From the human T2T-CHM13v2.0 reference genome, Homo sapiens, in NCBI RefSeq assembly GCF_009914755.1, contig NC_060933.1: 64,000 nucleotides of DNA; one strand, written 5' to 3'. Under the pieces are notes generated by a model. That model worked only from the letters and a program-made list of their open reading frames with translations, was not told the DNA's origin and searched no databases. A program made the position numbers and the translations under genes. Shown here piece after piece: positions 42,019 through 55,960 of the stretch. Numbering within the stretch: the stretch's first letter is position 1; every line of letters starts with the position of its first letter.

Positions 42019-42879
42019 CAGTGGTGGACCTAGTAAATTTGACATCTGAAACAGATCATTTTATGAAACGTTCCCTCTATACAATAAAATTATTTTTAAT
42101 AATTACCTCTGAATAATTATTTTCTTTATTCTTTAGCTTTAAAACAATTAACAATTCAAAAGAAGGATAAATTTCCATTTTAAGCATATTAGGCAAAACA
42201 GTAGAATATTTCAGATATGGACCAAAACTTGTACGTAATACACAAAAATATTACACCTCACAGTGAACACTCTGTCTCACTGTTGCAAATTTCCAGCACA
42301 AATACAACCTCCAAATGGTCGTGTAGACTAAAACAATTGATGTAGCTTAGATTTTGCTTCTTTATCCTTATAATAACTGTGCTGTCATTATTTATTTCCA
42401 ACCTTCTGTTTAAACAACAGAATAGGTAGTGCTACAGGCGTTAGAGACATAAAGCACATCTGAAACAACCACGAAAGATTCCAAAACGTTATGAACTTAC
42501 CCTCAAAACCAATGCATGTAGCTGAGTCCTTGTGTCCTGAACACCAACTGTATAACTAGGAGTTCTCCAAATTAACCTTCATGTAGAAAACAATGGACAT
42601 AAAAGCCTAAGATATAAAACTGTGCTAATATGAAGCTCGTATATTATTAACAGTCATCGTAGTAGTTGTTTAAAACTTAGAACAAGAAAAGATTTTCTCA
42701 TGGAGTGTTTTATCATTGGCATTGAGATTTTTGAGTGCATGGTGATAATAAAAAGCAGACTGACTTTTAGTCTGTTTTATTATTGCTTTTAAATCCTCTA
42801 CAGACCACGCACCTCATCCTCACCGGCACCTCAGGTTGACCCCTCCATCAGCATCACCCCTGCCCTTGGTAAATCACTG
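42019..42879 (-). mobile_element. MER97-like hAT-Tip100 element, near full length
   Basis: Termini cagtgg.. and ..cactg; reverse strand matches recalled MER97 (aataataaaacagactaaaagtcagtctgctttttattatcacc). Confidence 0.7.
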
Positions 42880-43156
42880 CCAAGGGATGTTCTTGGTCTC
42901 CCTGTCCTGTTTGCTTTCACTATCTATGCCTTGAGCTCCTTTTTATGAGTCCTTAAACATGTGCAAATCTCAAAATGGAAGGAAAACTAATTTCTCTCCA
43001 AATTAAGCCCTATAAAGACCTTCTTGCTATTAGAAAAAAAGAATAATTGCTGGCCTCAGCCATCTTGAAGATCCACCACAAAAAAAGCTGCCTCATTGTA
43101 GCAGCTAGAGTGAAAAATTGTCTGTTCTGCTGCCTAGTTGTTTCACGCCTTCTTAC

Positions 43157-43288
43157 CTGTGAGATACAAGCATAAACTAGAATGATCTGGAAAAGTAGCA
43201 AAATCATTATATTCACTTTTTATATAATGTAAAACAAAATCATCATTCATGTACTTTGCTAACGACTGAACAGTACCCCTGAATCCGT
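43157..43288 (-). pseudogene. GREB1-like exon remnant, 132 nt, phase 1-1, still open
   Basis: tattttcag| ... CAG|gtaaga. GFRGTVQSLAKYMNDDFVLHYIKSEYNDFATFPDHSSLCLYLT(G) vs HFVARLK..YQDLDGLPCIVILTG. Confidence 0.75.
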
Positions 43289-45290
43289 CTGAAAATACAG
43301 CTTAACATAAAATATTAAATGGACCACAAATTCAAGCTAAGATGGAAAAAGTAGGAATAAAAAGGGATTTAGACTGATGTAGAGTAATCAGGAGGATTTT
43401 GTGGGGAAAAAATAGTTTTGCTTTAATTATGTTTGCATATTATATGGTATCATATATCCAATATCACATATGTTAGAGAAAATTCCTAGTGTTTATATGG
43501 TCTCAAGTAATATCTCATAAATGAATGAATTTATAAAATAAATATTATTTACACGGAGTCAGAATATTTTGTCATCTGTAACTCTTTCTTCTAATATGAC
43601 TCACCTAAATTGCAGCCCAATTATAATATTAGTCTTCAGGGAAATTTAATCTCTTGACAATCTTCTTTACTAATCTTCATTAATCCCCACAGTAAACTGA
43701 GATTAGTTAATAGATCATTAACTTGCCTATTTTGAAAATGGCAATATTGAAACATGGTGATGGGGAGTCATGCCCTTGAGTGCCTCAGGGTGGGTGACAA
43801 GAAAGGAGGTGAGGGCGGATCCCTAAGACTTGCTGTCACCAACTAGGAATGGAGCTCAGGGAGGAGTCAGGAATCTCAGGTGTGAAAAGCACCTCCAAGC
43901 GCATCCAATATCATGTCCCCACCAGAGCCTTCAGCCTCCATCAGCAACACCTCTGAGAACAGTGAGCTTACCACCTCTTGAGTTGGATCATCCTACTTTT
44001 GGACATCTGTAACTAATTTTCTTTAAGTCTTCTTTATGTCAAGCTAAACTCTGTTGCTTTACATCTTCTACTCATTGTCCCAAAAACAAACAGAACATGT
44101 CTAGTCTTTCTTCCACCTGAGCTATCTACAAAAATATGAAGGCAGTTGACTGACCCATTTCTTTCAACTCTTCCTAGGGTGCTTTAGTCTCAGATCTACT
44201 CACCACCCTAGCCACCAGCCTTGTCATAACTTGCCCATCAGGAGGGAAACTTTAGTGGTTAAAGGCACATCTCCTATAAAACTGGACATCAGACGTCAGA
44301 GAATCTCTGCTCTAGATCTTCCCAGCCAAGCCAACTTGCAAATCATTTTCTAGCAACCAAAGTGATCTTGTGTAAGGTTACACTGATTTAGACCATGTCC
44401 TGGAGAACATAAAATATAAAGTGGCTCTTCAGCCAGGGAAGAAGGAAGCTCTGGTCAGAGGCCACCACCTTATTAAAGAGAAGAGAAGAGTATTTTTCTC
44501 TAAAAATCATTTTGCATATCTATTTATTATAATACATAAATATTGTATTTATGTATTATACAAGTGATGTGTATAAAAATTAAAATGAAAAAACACCCTG
44601 AATTTCATCAGCCAAAATACTTTTTTCATTTTTCTGTTTTTCCCACCAATTACTGCCCACGTGCATAAATATATTTACATTTTATAATCATAATATAAAT
44701 ATAATTTTGGATTCAGCATGTTAAATCTAACATTATACGTTTTATCCATCTTGTTTCATGGTCTTTACATATCATAATGGAAGCATAACGTCTCTCAGAA
44801 AAGATAGATAATAATTTACTTCATTATCTGTTATAAGGCTTTTAAAGTCATTTCCAAAATGTTCTTATCATAAACAGCAGTGCTACAAACTTCCTAATGC
44901 TTATAGCTTTGTTATTCTCAAGAATAATTTTCTTGAAACAAAGTACCACTGTCCTCATTTTACTGATTACTAATCAAAAAGGATAAGCATTGTTATGGCT
45001 CAAAAATATTCTGAAAATGAAAATTAGTTTTTAAATGGACCTGTTAGCCCTGTAAGGTCAGAATCTCTATCATTTACTGGGGTTCTACCACACATAGACT
45101 CTGTCCTGAGGGAATTAAGAGAACAGTTCAATTTAACATTCAGTGAAAACTAAGAGGAAAATGTTGCTTTACCCATGTGGGAGAGAAGAGGAAACAGGTT
45201 TACAGAAATGACATAATTTGTATGAGGTCACTAAGCTAGAAACATTGAGAGACAATATCATCAATTTAGGGTTGAGGATTTGAACTCAGG

Positions 45291-45649
<359 letters not shown>

Positions 45650-45879
45650 TAAAACCCACACTGTTAACCACTGTTCTAAACTGTCTTCGTGGGTGAACTG
45701 CCACTCATCAGAAAATCCAGGAATGATAGAAATAACCATCAGTCCTGCAGCTGGAGAGGGAATAGCAGGACAAATACCTTGTACCTCACAGGAGTCAATA
45801 AAAAGTGATTCAACTGAAGAGGGTGGGAGTTCTGGCTCTTTGGACCTCTTTGGTCCCTTCCAACCTGAAGCTTCTCTAG

Positions 45880-46083
45880 TCCTTGCTTCTTGTATTTCCA
45901 ATCTATAATTTAATAGGATGGTCTTTTTGGTAATTCTACATCCAGTAGGCAAGGTTTAAATCTGGTGTTTTGGAATTGAGATGCAGGATAGAAATGGAAA
46001 AGCCCAGGCAGAGACAGGAGATGTGCTGTCCAGGAGGAGACATCCCCCTCCTACCTGCTTTCCTTCCCCACCAAATCCACTGG
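45880..46083 (-). pseudogene. GREB1-like exon remnant; boundaries approximate
   Basis: SPPG..G..S..LA, then after a frameshift LLNYRLEI (YRLEI at 45907-45893), vs SSPG..G..S..LA..LGLQYRFEI. Confidence 0.65.
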
Positions 46084-47424
46084 CTGACACAGGGTGCATT
46101 CAGATTGCAGGGGAAGAGGAGGCCGATGGATGAGGTGGGGACAGAGGGAAACGAAATGCCTGTGTGTTTGCTTAAACCCATATTAAACTAACCAGGTATG
46201 CAATGTCTTTGCATAACCCTCTTACTAATAAACACATGAGCAACTAGATTGCATCTGGAATTTTGCAAAATAAAATAGAGACAGTCCCTGCCCTCAAGGG
46301 ACTCCTGGTCTGAATTCCACACACAAAAAATGCAAAATTGGGCTATGGAGGCAAGCCTGGCCAGGGAGACAAGGCGATGACCAGAGGAGGTCACCTGGGA
46401 AGGAAAGTTTGGGAATCCCCAAACTTAAATTGGAGCCCTAGCTCTGATTCCCATCAGTGAAATAAGACTAATTATAATCACCAGGCAAGACTGTGGTGCA
46501 TGAGCATTAGGTGAAATAAGTATAGAAAAAGGGCTCTGTAAATTATGAGGAAATATGTGAATATAAGCCAAAATAAGACTTGAGGATTGGAAGTAGAATT
46601 CCCATGAACATGTCCTCTTTACTCTGTGGATTGATAATCCTCACACCTTCCCTTACCTCCATTGTTAATTCTTTATTAATATTCATTGAGTAGCTGCCCA
46701 CTACCTGCCACCCACATGTACATGCATTAACTTTAATCCTCCCAAAAAACTGCCAGGTAACCACCATAATTCTCAATATACAGATAAGAAAACATGGCTC
46801 TGATGAAGATAATAGATTCATAACTCATTTTGCTCATTTCATCATCTTTTCATAATTAGTCTGTTTTTTGCATTTTTTATATACCTCTATGAGAACGTTG
46901 ACTTTGGGTATCAAGATGCCAGTCCAATTCAATAATTTACTTTATTTCAGTACTTCATTGGTTCAACCAATATTTACCAAGTGCTTAATCAGGTGCTAGG
47001 GATGGTGCTAGGTGCAGCAGGTATCATGTTATGCAGAAAAGAGAAGGTCTTTGCTCTTTCAGAGCTCACATTCTAGATGGAGAAGACAGATAATAAATGA
47101 GGAAACAAATACATCAACATGATACTATCAGGCAGTGACAGGTGCGATGAAGAAAATTTAAATGAATACTTGAATCATGACTAAGAGAATGAAGTTGTCA
47201 TTTCCCTTACTAAAAAGTTTATATTTCCCTCAACAAAACTTAAAATGGAGTGTATATGATGCCATTCATCTCAGTTCTTCTGCTAAAGACAAATGATCCA
47301 AGGGCCAAGGTAAATGCTTCCTGTTACTGAGATAGAGTGACATGTTACTGAAAAGGAATTATGCACATCAGAAGTGCACAATTGCATCCAACAATCCTCT
47401 TTAAGACATTCTTAGTCATTTGCA

Positions 47425-47601
47425 CCTCCTGTCAGGTGGACCACCAGCCTGAGGCTATGGAGTAAAATGGAGACAATTCGCAAAGTGTTCCTGTCTCCAA
47501 GTTCTATAGCTGCAGTGTAGTTAAATCCCACATCGCTGAGTATGATGGGGTCTATAACCTGCATGTTTCATGTAAGGAACACAGCCATGTAGGTAGCACT
47601 A
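47425..47601 (-). pseudogene. GREB1-like exon remnant; 3' boundary approximate
   Basis: Acceptor tgtatttctgacag. SATYMAVFLT*NMQVIDPIILSDVGFNYTAAIELGDRNTLRIVSILL; YTAAI..TLRI vs YSEAL..TLSI. One TGA. Confidence 0.6.
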
Positions 47602-47697
47602 CTGTCAGAAATACAACTGGGGCACTCCGAGCCAGTATGAGAGGGAGACAAATATCATGCAAGATCATCTTAGGGAAGTGTCCTACAAAACTCATAC

Positions 47698-47889
47698 CAA
47701 TTCTTGGCTAAGTCTTCTTGGTTTATTACCACTGAAAATTTGTTTGGTTTAGTTGATTATGCTGTGAAGCATAATATGTACTACAATTTTCTGTGGCTTT
47801 CTAACGATCAAGATAAATTCCAAAACATCAAGTGTAGCTCCTAGGCTATGACATACGCAAATCTTCCTGATATGTTGCCAACAGAATGC
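47698..47889 (-). pseudogene. GREB1-like exon remnant (frames uncertain)
   Basis: Acceptor acattatcttag and donor TG|gtatga, phase-compatible with the next exon across a 96-nt intron (47602-47697). Confidence 0.5.
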
Positions 47890-48223
47890 CTAAGATAATG
47901 TGATTACTGTCTTTGAAGAGAATAATTCAACTTGTTTTTTCTTTAAAAAAATTACTCTCAATAAATAACCCTCCCTGAGAGTTTACTACTCCCTGGGTGG
48001 GGAAGTAAAATAGCAAGAGCAGAGTCTTTGGAGCTTAGGAAATCTAGGTTGAGACATATCTCTGCTATTTCCTGGGTGAGTCATCTTCTATAAGCTACTT
48101 ATCTTCTTTGAGACTCTGTTTCCTCATCTATAAAATGGGGATAAGAATGCCCATCAAGCAGCATTTTTGTAAAGATTAAATAAAGGAATGGGCATTCACA
48201 TATATCATAAAAAACAAAACCCT

Positions 48224-48520
48224 GGCCTGGCACAGTGGCTCAATCCTGTAATTCTAGCACCTTGGGAGGCTGAGGTGGGTGGATTGCTTGAGGATAGGAG
48301 TTCAAGACCAACCTGACCAACATGGTGAAACCCCATCTCTACTAAAAATACAAAATTAGCTTGGCGTGACAGCACACGCCTGTAGTCCATGCTACTCAGG
48401 AGGCTGAAGCAGGAGAATCACTTGAACCTTGGAGGCGGAGGTTGCAGTGAGCTAAGTTCGTGCCACTGCTCTCCAGCCTGGGCGACAGAGCGAGACTCCA
48501 TCTCAAAACAAACAAACAAA
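48224..48520 (+). mobile_element. Alu (old S type)
   Basis: Full dimer with (AAAC)n tail. Confidence 0.9.
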
Positions 48521-48984
48521 GCAAAACTTCATCTAACTGGTTATGGTTACTAGAGGGGAGCCCTGCTGCAGACAGGATAAGGTAAGTGGGAATCAGAAAG
48601 CCTCCACAGGTATCTGTAAACTTTTTTTCAACCTGAAAAAGCAGGTCATTTAGGCCTTCTAGCAGGAAAGAGAGCACAGTCTCTGAGCTCTGCTATGTTG
48701 AGCCTCTCAACTTTAAGTTAGGTGCTATGTGAATCATCATAAGCACTGAGCAAATATTTCACTCATCTACTCATTCATTCATTCATTCATTTTTTTCCAT
48801 CCATTATTATATATTTATACACTCATTCAATAAGTCTACTCTGAGCCTAATACTGTATCAGGAACAGTTCAAGGGCTGGGTTCACAGTTCAATAGGGGAG
48901 GCACACGAGTAACTCAGTGATTGCAGTATTGTGTACTGTGACTAGGTCAATAACAGCAATGACAATGATAATGATAAGAGTTAA

Positions 48985-49450
48985 CTCTGTTGGCCAGGGT
49001 CCTGGCTCTAACAGCAGATACTGACTCTGGGTAATTTCAGCAGAAAAAAAAAAAAATTATTGGGGAAAAATACGTTCACAGAACTGCTGGGAAGCTTGGA
49101 GAACCAGACGGAGAAAACGAGCAGAAACTAAGAGTCCACACAGCTGGACCACAGCCGAAATTGCACCACAGGGAAGATCTGGTGAGGACACTGTGGCTGG
49201 TCCTTCTTTTGTGGCTGCTCCGGAAGAGAGGCTGTCCTTGCTGCTGCCAAATTCAACAGAACAAACCCCTCCAGGGTGCAGCGAGATGTGAAACGAACTC
49301 ACTGAGGCAGGGGAATCTGATGAGCAAAACCCACACTCTCATTCTCAGTGCAGAGAAAAAGCCACATCTGGCCTTTCGGCTTTGATGGTGGAAAAAAGTG
49401 TGACTGCCTTCCAGGACTCAGCCTCCAAATATCAGGATGGGTTTCTGGTG
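48985..49450 (-). mobile_element. Very old MLT1-like LTR
   Basis: Recalled motif similarity only. Confidence 0.4.
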
Positions 49451-49937
49451 CCAGGCAGCCAAAGGTTTACTGAATGCCTCCCATGTGCCAGACACTGCAC
49501 TAAACAACTTGCCTACACTGTCTCATCTGACCCTCACAGTAGTCTTCAAAGATGGATGCTTTGCTACCTAACTTTACTGAAAAACAGACTTGGCAAAAGG
49601 AAGAAACTTGCACAAGTTTGTACAGCTAGTAAGTGGCAAAGCCCTGACTGATGCAATTTTTGATAACTGAACTGCACTACACTACAAAGAAGGAAAGAAA
49701 TGCAAAGATCCTCAAGAGCATAGACAAGAAGGCTCTGGATCAGACAGGGAGTGAAGGAAGACCCCACGGAGGAAGAGAGGTGGCCACGAGATGGAATTGA
49801 TGAAGAGCTGGTTAGATATTGCAGGGCAGTGTGTGGGAATTGAGAGTAGGGGCCCTGGGGCTTAGGAAATCCCAAAGAGATGAAACAACAAACATATGAA
49901 GCGAGAAAGTGGCATGAAACTAACTCAGATTTCTTAC

Positions 49938-50154
49938 GACCAAAGGTCTTTTGTTCATGCAATACGGTTGGAGAAAGGAATGCAAAAAGACAGGGTGTGA
50001 ATGGGAACGACAGTGCCCCAACCTCAGGCACATGTTTGTGCCTGGCATAGAATCCCAGAAGAGATTCCAGGGCATTTCAAATTATAACAATTTCCCATAT
50101 CTCATCTCAGGCATCAGAGAGTGACACTGGCAGTCTTTAATTCCTTTGTCTTCA
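49938..50154 (-). pseudogene. GREB1-like exon remnant
   Basis: Acceptor cattctgtctactttttcag and donor GTC|gtaaga. SFPFT and NRIA*TKDLW (different frames) vs SFPYT and SRISSSNEVHW. Confidence 0.75.
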
Positions 50155-50237
50155 CTGAAAAAGTAGACAGAATGAAGTAAGCAGAACATCCTGATAACTT
50201 TCAGCACCATCCTCCTGGGCCAATCCCATCCTCCTAC

Positions 50238-50541
50238 CCGCTAGAATCTACAGAGTGGGGAGTTTTCCAGGAGCAGCAGGAATTCCAAAAAGGGAGTGCT
50301 CCACTTGTAATCCTAAGTACTGGATGATGAGCCAAGTGTTTATTGAGAGTAATCAGTGACCACCTCTTGATAAGTCTGGCTAAGGTCAGGATTCACGGAA
50401 ACCTTCTTGCCCCGGGCAAGATCAGCAAGGAGCCTGCTGACAGGATCCTTGTTCACTTAGCCTAGGCCATTGTACCAAAATCTCACTCCTCATTAGTGCT
50501 GGTGTCAACTCAGTGGGCAGGTATGGCTAGGTCAAGAGAAC
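50238..50541 (-). pseudogene. GREB1-like exon remnant (best-matching segment)
   Basis: SLDL (50539-50528), RSEILVQ (50490-50470), SRLLADL and TPFLEFLLLLENS vs GREB1L SLDL, RSEVLVQ, SGVLVDL and NPYTLFVLVHDNS. Two frameshifts and stops; donor CGG|gtagga. Confidence 0.85.
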
Positions 50542-50634
50542 CTTGTCAGATTAAATTTTCAAGCGCTTCACTTTTTTCTAAAGATAAACATGTATGTTTT
50601 TAATTTCATGTAGAGTTGTATATTAACAACTGAA

Positions 50635-51125
50635 ATGTCCTGAAAACCCCATTCTTTCCTTCTATTTAGCATCAAGACACATACACATTCAGCCCAAGTT
50701 TTAGCAGAACATACAGCCACTCCACCAGAAACACATTTTACAGATTCACTGGCAGCTAGGTATGCCTAGGTAACTAAGTTTTCTCCATCTTAGGCAGGTA
50801 ATAAGTGACAACCTCTGGTTACTTTCTTCAGAGCAAATTGCTTGCCTTCCATTCATTCTCTTTTTTCCTTAACCAAGGGCTGGAACATGTATATGATATT
50901 GACTAGTCAGTGACTATGCAGATGAGGAGAACATTCTGGAAGATGGTGGAGCATCAATAGAGAAGGAACCTGTGTCCCAGAATGACTTCAAGAAGCTACC
51001 CACCTCTCTTGTACCATTTATCTACCATGGGACTGTTATTTAACAGTAATTCAAATATGGTAATTTTATTTAATCCACTGGGTATTTGGGTTACTGTATA
51101 GCAGCTTAGCTTTTCCCTAACTATA
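50635..51125 (+). mobile_element. Old MLT1 (J-like) LTR
   Basis: gcagctagg..taactaagttt, gatggtggagca..aaggaacctg, gttactgtatagcagc. Confidence 0.6.
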
Positions 51126-51366
51126 TAGGATTGATCTGAGGGTAATGACAGAAAGTAGGTGTTTTTTGAAGACAGACCTAGGTTCCAATACCAGCTTTCC
51201 CACTAACTAATCATCTACAGTCAGCTAGCCACTCTGGGTCTCATTTTTTTTCACATGAAAAATGGGTAAATAATAAGAAATTTTAAGGCTGTTAAAAGGA
51301 TTATAAATAATGAACCTCATACAGTGCTGGTATACAAAAGTGCTAAAGTGCTAAAATTGCTACTTG

Positions 51367-51657
51367 TTTTTAAAAGAGACAGGGCCTCACACTGTCACCC
51401 AGGCTGGAGTGCAGTAGTGTGATCATGGTTCACTGCAGCCTGGAACTCTTGGGTTCAAGTGATCCTCCCACCTCAGGCTCCCAAGTAGCTGGAACTACAG
51501 GCACATGCCACCATGCTGGGCTAATTTTTAAATTTTTCCTAGAGAGAGGGTCTTACTATGTAGCCCAGGCTGATCTTAAACTCCTGGCCTCAAGCGATCC
51601 TTCTGCCTCAGCCTCCTAAACTGCTGGGATTACAGGGGTGAGCCACCGTTCCTAGAC
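51367..51657 (-). mobile_element. AluJ
   Basis: Full dimer with J diagnostics. Confidence 0.9.
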
Positions 51658-51745
51658 TACTGCAAATAGCACAGTGCCCTGTGGCATCCAACTTGGAACC
51701 CTCTGACTATGTTAGAATTCTCAGGCTCCAATAGCCTATGAACAG

Positions 51746-54158
51746 TGATATGGTTTGGATCTGTGTCCCCACCCAAATCTTATGTCAAATTGTAATTCTC
51801 AATGTTGTATGGAGGTGGGGCCTGGTGGGAGATAATTAGATCATGCGGGTGGATTTCTCCTTTGGTACAGTCCTCATGATAGTGAGTGACTTCTCATGAG
51901 ATATGGTTGTTTAAAAGTGTGTAGCTCCAGCCATGTAAGATGAGTCTGCTTCCCCTTTGCCTTCTGCCATGATTCTAAGTTTCCTCAGGCCTCCACAGAA
52001 GATAAGTAGATGCCAGCATCATGCATCCTGTGCTGCCTGCAAAATCATAAGCCAATTAAACCTCTTTTCTTTATAAATTACCCAGTCTCAGGTATTTCTT
52101 TATAGCAATTTGAGAACAGAGTAATACAGAAAATTGGTAATGAGGAGTGGGCATTGCTATAAAAATATCTGAAAATGTACGAGCAGCTTTGGAACTGGGT
52201 AACAGGCAGAGGGTGAAAGAGTATGGAAGGCTCAGAAGAAGACAGGAAGACAAGGGAAACTTGTCTTTGGAACTTCCTATAGACTTTTTAAATTGTCACC
52301 AAAATGCCGAGAGTGATATGGACAATGAAGTCCAGGCTGAGGAGGTCTCAGATGGAAATGAGGAACTTATTGGGAACTGGAGCAAAGGTTGCTTTTGTTA
52401 TGCATTAGCAAAGAGGTTGGCTGCATTGTGCCCCTGCTCTAGGGATCTGTGGAACTTTGAACTTGAGAGTGATGATTTAGGGTATCTGGTAGGAGAAATT
52501 TCTAAGCAGCAAAGTGTTCAAGATGTGGCCTGGCTGCTTCTAACAACCTATGCTTATATGTGTGAGCAAAGAAATGACCCCAAATTGGAACTTATATATA
52601 AAAGAGAAGTAGAGCATAAAAGTTTAGAAAATTTGCAGCCTGGCCATGTGGTAGAAAAGAAAAGTCCATTTTCAGAGGAGGAACTCAAGCAGGCTGTAGA
52701 AATTTGCATAAATAAGGAGCCAGCTGCTAATATCCAAAACGATGGGGAAAGGCCTCAAAAGCATTACAGGAACCTTTGTTGCAGACCCTCCCCTCACAGG
52801 CCTGGAGGCTTAGCAGGACTGAATGGTTTCCTGGGCCAGGCCCAGGGCCCTGCTGCCCTGTCCAGCCTTGGGACACTGCTGCCTGCATTCTAGCTACTCC
52901 AGCACCAGCTGTGGCTAAAAGGGGCCCAGGTACAATTTGGGCTACTGCTTCAGAGAGTGCAAGCCATGAGCCTTGGCAGCTTTCATGTGGTTTTAAGCCT
53001 GCGGGTGCACAGAATGCAAAGTTGAGGGTTGCGATCCTCCACCTAGATTTCAGAGGATGTGTGGAAAAGCCTGGATGTCCAAGCAGAAGCCTGCTGCAGG
53101 GGTGGAGCCCTCATGGAAAACCTCTACTAGGGCAGTGCAGAGGGGAAATGTGTAATTTGAACGCTCACACGCAGTCTCTACTGAGGCACTGCCTAGTGGA
53201 GCTTTGAGAAGAGGGCCACCATCCCTCAGACCCCAGAATGGTAAATCCACTGACAGCTTGCACCCTGAACCTGAAAAAGCTGCAGGCTCTCAACACTGGC
53301 CCTTGAGAGCAGCTACAGGGGCTGAAACCTGAAAAGCCACAGGGGTGGAGCTGCCCAAGGCCTTGGGAGCCCACCCATTGCATCAGTGTGCCCTGGATGT
53401 GAGACATGGAGTCAAAGGAGATTATTTTGGAGCTTTATGATTTAATGACTGCCCTGCTGGGTTTTGAACTTGCATGGGGCCAGTAGCCCCTTTCTTTTGG
53501 CCAACTTCTCCCTTTTGTAATGGTAGTATTTACCCAGTGCCTACAACCCCATTATATCTCAAAAGTAACTAACTTGCTTTTGATTTTACAGGCTCATAGG
53601 CAGAAGAGAACAGCCTTGTCTCAGAGGAGACTTTGGACTGTGGACTTTTGAGTTAATCCTGGAATGAGTGAAGACTTTCAGGGACTGTTGAGAAGGGATG
53701 ATTGTATTTTTCAATGTGAGAAGGCCATGAGATTTTGGAGGGGCTGAGGCAGAATGATAGGGTTTAGATCTGCGTCCCCACCCAAATCTCACGTCAAATT
53801 GTAATTCTCAGTATTGGAGGTGGGGCCTGGTAGAAGGTGATTGGCTCATGGGGGCAGATTTCCCCTTTGCTACTGTCCTCATGATAGTGAGTAAGTTCTC
53901 ATGAGATCTAATTGTTTAAAAGTGTGTAGCACCCCCTGGCAACCTTTTGCTCCTGTGATAGCCACGTAAGTAAGCCTGCTTCCCCTTCACCTTCAGCCAT
54001 GATTGTAAGTTTCCTCAGGCCTCCCCAGAAGCTGAGCAGATGGCCAGCTGCATGCTTCCTGTACAGCCCACACAACTGTGAGACAATTAAACCTCTTTTC
54101 CTTATAAATCATCCAGTCTCAGATATTTCTTTATAGCAATGTGAGAAAGACTAATACA
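51746..54158 (+). mobile_element. Full-length MSTA-like MaLR (LTR 51746-52128, internal, LTR 53755-54158)
   Basis: Two TGATA..TAATACA LTRs; internal region homologous to the THE1 internal region (DMDNEVQ.E.VSDG, GNWSKG, RDLWNFEL shared). Confidence 0.93.
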
Positions 54159-54934
54159 CAGAGTCAAGTTCATCTGATGAAACATGAACTCAATCAGCTG
54201 ACATAAATTTCATTAAGCTTTTGAACAGCCTTTCAATTTGATGTTTGCCTCTCTGCAAATAGAATGTGAGGGACACCTCCCAACCTAAGAAGAAGATGGG
54301 TCTGAGACCACTGTGCCCCTGAGGGTGCAAGCACTGTGCCTGCAGTCCATGTTTTAGTCAGGAACTGCACCTTTCACTTCTGTGGTGTGACTGAGGCCAG
54401 TTCACCAGATATGGCTGTCTAGGTCTCGTTTAGGTGACAAACTTGGTTCAGATAAGAGGTCACATGGAAAGACTTTATCATTAGCTCTATTGCCCTCTTA
54501 CATTTTTGCCAAGAATTTTCCATATTTGCAGCCAGGAGGCAGCAGTCACACCCTAAGATACTAGCAGCACACCCAGGCCAATTTGTCCATTCTATTCATG
54601 AAACTCAAAGCTCCGAACACTGTCAGTGATGATGAGAAGTGTACATTCTCATTTCTGGAGAGTCCTTCAAATATCCTTGTACCATCTGAAGCATGGGCAC
54701 TGAAAAATCCTCTTGTGGGCTGTTTTCCCCCCTCACCCGCCCACCCGGCCCCCAAGAGAGGCAACTGACTCTTCCATCTGGAGTCCCACGTCTATCAGTT
54801 AGAACAAACTCTCTTCAGCACATAAATTCCAAGTAACAACCTGACTAAAACTAGATTTTTCCTTAGACCTCAGAGAAGCCAGTTGCTTCTACTCATATAA
54901 GAGGTTGGATATAAGAGTTCATTGTTTGCCATTG

Positions 54935-55649
54935 GTACTCCGGAGTGAATTTATGCTGCATACATGGTCAACATTTTAAGTCAAACTTCCTCATGCTCAT
55001 GGCTAGAAAATTTATACATAAAAAGATCCCTAATTCCAGCTTGTCCAAAGGTCTTCCATGGAACTGTACAGGGTAGGTGGGTGGACTTCATGCTGGCAGT
55101 AGAAGAAGTTAGCTCCAGGCACTTCCCAAGGTCACCTGGTGAGTCGATGGTAAAACCATGGTCTCACAGCTCTCCAACCAAAGTGCCCAGCATGCAAGGC
55201 ATGGCTGCTACTCCGGATGACAGGCCATCTGTCATGTTTCTCCTTGGCTTATCCATTTTCAAGGGCCAAAACCATGACAGCATTCATACCAACGCCTCAT
55301 TGATGGTGGCAAGCACCCCACAAGGTCTTCCACGCAAAGGGTGAGAAATGTCAGTTCCCATGAAAGGAGAAACTGCACAAAACCCAACCACACAGAATCA
55401 TGTATGCCATGAGGTCAGAGGCCAGGAAGGTATGCATTCTCTGTGGAACGTCTGAACTTGCCAGATCTCGGAGAAGTTGGACTTCTCCCAAGGAGAGTTT
55501 TGCCCCAACTCTTGATAACTGTCAGCATGTCTCACAAAAACAGGAACTCCCAAGATAGAGAAGCCAAGCAGCTGGGAACCATTAAGAATAAAACTTGAGC
55601 TGCTGAATAAAGCTGGAGACTGGGTGATTCTTCTTCTCTGAACTACAAC
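54935..55649 (-). pseudogene. GREB1-like large exon remnant; 3' boundary approximate
   Basis: Acceptor tttgcag. WLLYLGSSC..SLGE, then after a frameshift FSEIW..FCVV..GDLGKCL (55136-55119)..KMLTMYAA*IHSG, vs WLASLAASSC..SLAE..FCVV..GDLNECV..KLLSQVCAIADSG. Several TGA/TAA stops. Confidence 0.75.
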
Positions 55650-55744
55650 CTGCAAACTTTGAGAACGGAGCATCATTTATTGTGGGCCTGCTCTGGGCCT
55701 GGCTCTTAGCAAACTTGAGTTTATGGAGGGAGCACAACGTAGTG

Positions 55745-55960
55745 CAAGGTTTCTCAATGGAGACACTACTGACGTTTTGGACCGAATGAATGCTTGTTGT
55801 GGGAGCCTGTCCTGTGCATTGTCAGATGGCTAGCAGCAACCCTAGCCTCTGCTCTATAAATGCCAGTAGCACCTCCTCCCAACAGTTACAATAAAAATTG
55901 TCTCCAGGCATTGTGAAATGTCCCCTGGGAGGCAAAATCATCCTCAGTTGAGAACCACTA
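55745..55960 (-). mobile_element. MER20
   Basis: caaggtttctcaa..tgtcctgtgcattg..tgccagtagcacc..cagttgagaaccact. Confidence 0.85.
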
